Assembly (NCBI GenBank): GCA_035258345.1
Contig: DATEVU010000105.1
Span: 73,366 to 137,365, forward strand
Length of the DNA stretch: 64,000 nucleotides
Direction: 5' to 3'
Source of the DNA: Bacteroidales bacterium
GTDB taxonomy: Bacteria; Bacteroidota; Bacteroidia; Bacteroidales; UBA10428
A program made the position numbers and the translations under genes. This document shows positions 62,124 through 64,000 of the stretch, in pieces; position 1 is the first letter of the stretch, and every line of letters starts with the position of its first letter. Below the pieces are notes generated by a model. The model was not told the origin of the DNA. It saw only the letters and a list, made by a program, of their open reading frames with translations, and ran no database searches.

Positions 62124-63299
62124 TCACCCGCGCTTCACTTTCTGCCAGTTTACCGAGTATTTCCCCAAAACAAAATGGAAGAATCCCTTTATAACGGCAT
62201 AATTCATAATGAACAGGTAATACGGGGCAAATATGGCTTTCAGGGTGAGCTTTACATTTTTTAGCAGTGCCCCGACAACTACAAGAAGATAATACAGGCA
62301 CTGCAGGAGAAAAAGGGCCATGTAGAGAATACCGGCACCAGGATCGAAAAGGATAGCAATATTTAACAGCATCAACAGGGGAAATGAAAAAGGTACCACT
62401 GTCCAGCGCAATACCTTATGGGAAATGAATTTTACCGATAACAACCCGTACCTGAGAGGATTAAGCAGGGAACTCATTCTCCGCAAAAGCTGCAACCCCC
62501 CGGCGGCTATCCTTACTTTTCGCTTTAATTCTTCAGAAATCGAAAAAGACGCTGTTTCGGTACCCCAGGCATGTGGGGCATATTTGATATAGTATCCCTG
62601 CCAGGCAATCTGCAGCGAAATGGTAAGATCATCAAGCAGGGTGTCCTCAGGCACCTCTTCATATAATTCCCTGCGGATTGCAAAAAGTTCTCCTACAGCT
62701 CCCATTACCGATCCGGTCTCCGATTCCAGCGATTTAACAAATGATTCATATTTCCAATATAGCCCTTCTCCGGCTCCCACGGCTTTTTCCTTCCCCGAGG
62801 CGCTGATCCTTTTTTCACCGGTGACGCATCCTACCCGGCTGTTGCTGAAACATTTCACCAGCTCACGTATGGCTTCGGGGTTGAGCATGGTATTGGCATC
62901 GGTGAAGACAACCAGGGGTGTGTCAGTCATTTTAATACCGCGATTCATGGCATGGATCTTACCCCGGCGCTCACTTTCGTGCATAACGATGATGCCGGCA
63001 TATCCGCCCAGCAGGTCAATGCTGTTGTCAGTTGATCCGTCGGTTATCCACATTACCTTCAGTTTATCTTTGGGATAATCAAGTGCCAGTGTATTATTTA
63101 CTTTCCCTGTAATGCATTCGGCCTCGTTGTATGCCGGTATTATCAGGGTAACACGAGGGGTATCCGGATTACTATCCCTGGTTTTTGTGATGAGGGTTGC
63201 ACGCCTGATCATTGCCAGCAGAATCAGCAACAGGGTATATCCGAGGTACGCATATACTACGGTGCATAAAAGGACCCAGAACAATACTTTCAGGAACAT
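62124..63299 (-). CDS. Glycosyltransferase family 2, membrane-integrated (processive synthase-like)
   Basis: 391 aa; VTLIIPAYNEAECI, TDGSTDNS, VFTDANT; TM segments at both ends. Confidence 0.82.
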   Translation of the reverse strand: MFLKVLFWVLLCTVVYAYLGYTLLLILLAMIRRATLITKTRDSNPDTPRVTLIIPAYNEAECITGKVNNTLALDYPKDKLKVMWITDGSTDNSIDLLGGYAGIIVMHESERRGKIHAMNRGIKMTDTPLVVFTDANTMLNPEAIRELVKCFSNSRVGCVTGEKRISASGKEKAVGAGEGLYWKYESFVKSLESETGSVMGAVGELFAIRRELYEEVPEDTLLDDLTISLQIAWQGYYIKYAPHAWGTETASFSISEELKRKVRIAAGGLQLLRRMSSLLNPLRYGLLSVKFISHKVLRWTVVPFSFPLLMLLNIAILFDPGAGILYMALFLLQCLYYLLVVVGALLKNVKLTLKAIFAPYYLFIMNYAVIKGFFHFVLGKYSVNWQKVKRG

Positions 63300-64000
63300 C
63301 TCAGATACTTATTATAAAATCCGGTCAGCGACACAGCTAATTTCTGGTTATCCAGCCGTTGCTGAACAAAGTCACGGGCACTGTTTCCAATGTTAAGGCA
63401 AAAATCGGGATATTTAACCAATCTTTCCAGTTGTACAAGAAACTCTTCTGCCGTATTGGCTATCACAACGTTTTCACCGTTAATTACCTCTATCCCTTCG
63501 GCTCCCATGGGAGTAGTGACCACGGGTATGCCAAGTGACATAGCCTCGGCTATTTTTACACGCATTCCGCCGCCCGAAAAATAAGGTGCTACCAGTATGC
63601 CGTGCGCAAGCATAAAACCGTGTGCATCGGCAATTTCACCGTGAAAGGCAATTCCGGGGCCTGTTAATCTTCCGGCTAACCATAACGGGGCATTCCTGCC
63701 GGCAATATGCAGTGTTAACCCGGGAATGCGCCGTTTTAAATCCGGAAATACGGCTGACACAAACCACAACAAGCCCTCCTGGTTAGGGATCCAATCCATT
63801 GATCCGAGGAAAAACAAGGATTGCTCATCCAACACAGGGGTGGTGCCAATTGGATTTATATCAATCCCGGCGGGACAAACCTGGGCCGGACAAGTGTTTC
63901 CCAGCCGGCTGAAAAGATCCAGATCACGCGGGGTGATCGGCACCAGCAGGTCATACCGGTTCATGGTGCTGCTTTCAAACCGGCGGATACGGCGGGCCAG
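63290..64000 (-). CDS. Glycosyltransferase family 4 (GT-B), C-terminal part; ORF stays open to the right edge
   Basis: ...GGMRVKIAEAMSLGIPVVTTPMGAEGIE... The frame upstream of the listed Met (63964) remains open (LARRIRRFESST-MNRYD), so the gene probably starts outside the window. Confidence 0.75.
   Translation of the reverse strand: MARRIRRFESSTMNRYDLLVPITPRDLDLFSRLGNTCPAQVCPAGIDINPIGTTPVLDEQSLFFLGSMDWIPNQEGLLWFVSAVFPDLKRRIPGLTLHIAGRNAPLWLAGRLTGPGIAFHGEIADAHGFMLAHGILVAPYFSGGGMRVKIAEAMSLGIPVVTTPMGAEGIEVINGENVVIANTAEEFLVQLERLVKYPDFCLNIGNSARDFVQQRLDNQKLAVSLTGFYNKYLRCS

Overview
All calls come from reading the sequence and the ORF track and from recalled family motifs. No BLAST, HMM or RNA-folding tool was run. 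The supplied ORF track translates TTG and GTG starts as M, so several listed starts are re-evaluated below.

The window reads like a Bacteroidota chromosome segment. This is an inference from exact TAnnTTTG -7-type boxes, the absence of Shine-Dalgarno-like spacers, and flexirubin/GH3/DUF1684/GH26-type gene content.

Layout:
- 1-415: 5' part of a GH26-like lipoprotein gene.
- 427-8268 (minus strand): histidine operon hisG-hisD-hisC-hisB-purU-hisH-hisA-hisF-hisE. It is preceded by an unlisted 13-codon leader ORF (MKITRTHHHHNHP) with alternative antiterminator and terminator hairpins, which is a classical attenuator.
- 8321-12024: rlmD and a GH20-like hexosaminidase.
- 12097-47766: a roughly 35.7 kb flexirubin-type (aryl-polyene plus dialkylresorcinol) pigment cluster.
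- 47.9-64 kb: mixed genes. These are a co-directional FadD / alpha-oxoamine synthase / amidohydrolase / DUF1684 / GH3 / LysE run, then arcC, a LysM-glucosaminidase, fmt, ribBA and two glycosyltransferases.

The pigment cluster contains darA/darB, a BtrH_N-like protein, an ABC exporter, three ACPs, four catalytic ketosynthases, two CLF-like partners, one truncated KS partner, a ketoreductase and two dehydratases. It also contains a thioesterase, an FjTAL/FlxA-like ammonia-lyase, a PaaK-like ligase with a C45/IAT-like acyltransferase, two CrtI-like flavoproteins, LolA-like, GT2 and LpxL-like genes, and an MMPL-PlsC-methyltransferase fusion.

The cluster is interrupted twice:
- A self-contained two-gene cassette at 27.3-28.0 kb: a secreted superoxide-reductase-like protein plus an unlisted 56-aa two-TM protein, followed by a terminator.
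- A three-gene island at 35.3-37.3 kb with a decayed 7TM/AraC regulator and a phased TAACAGA repeat array.

No rRNA, tRNA, CRISPR array, transposase or recognisable defence system was seen. I did not find a clearly new multi-gene system. The most novel-looking items are the SOR-like cassette, the his attenuator, the unassigned acyl-transfer candidates in the pigment cluster, and recurring CA-rich heptad spacers.
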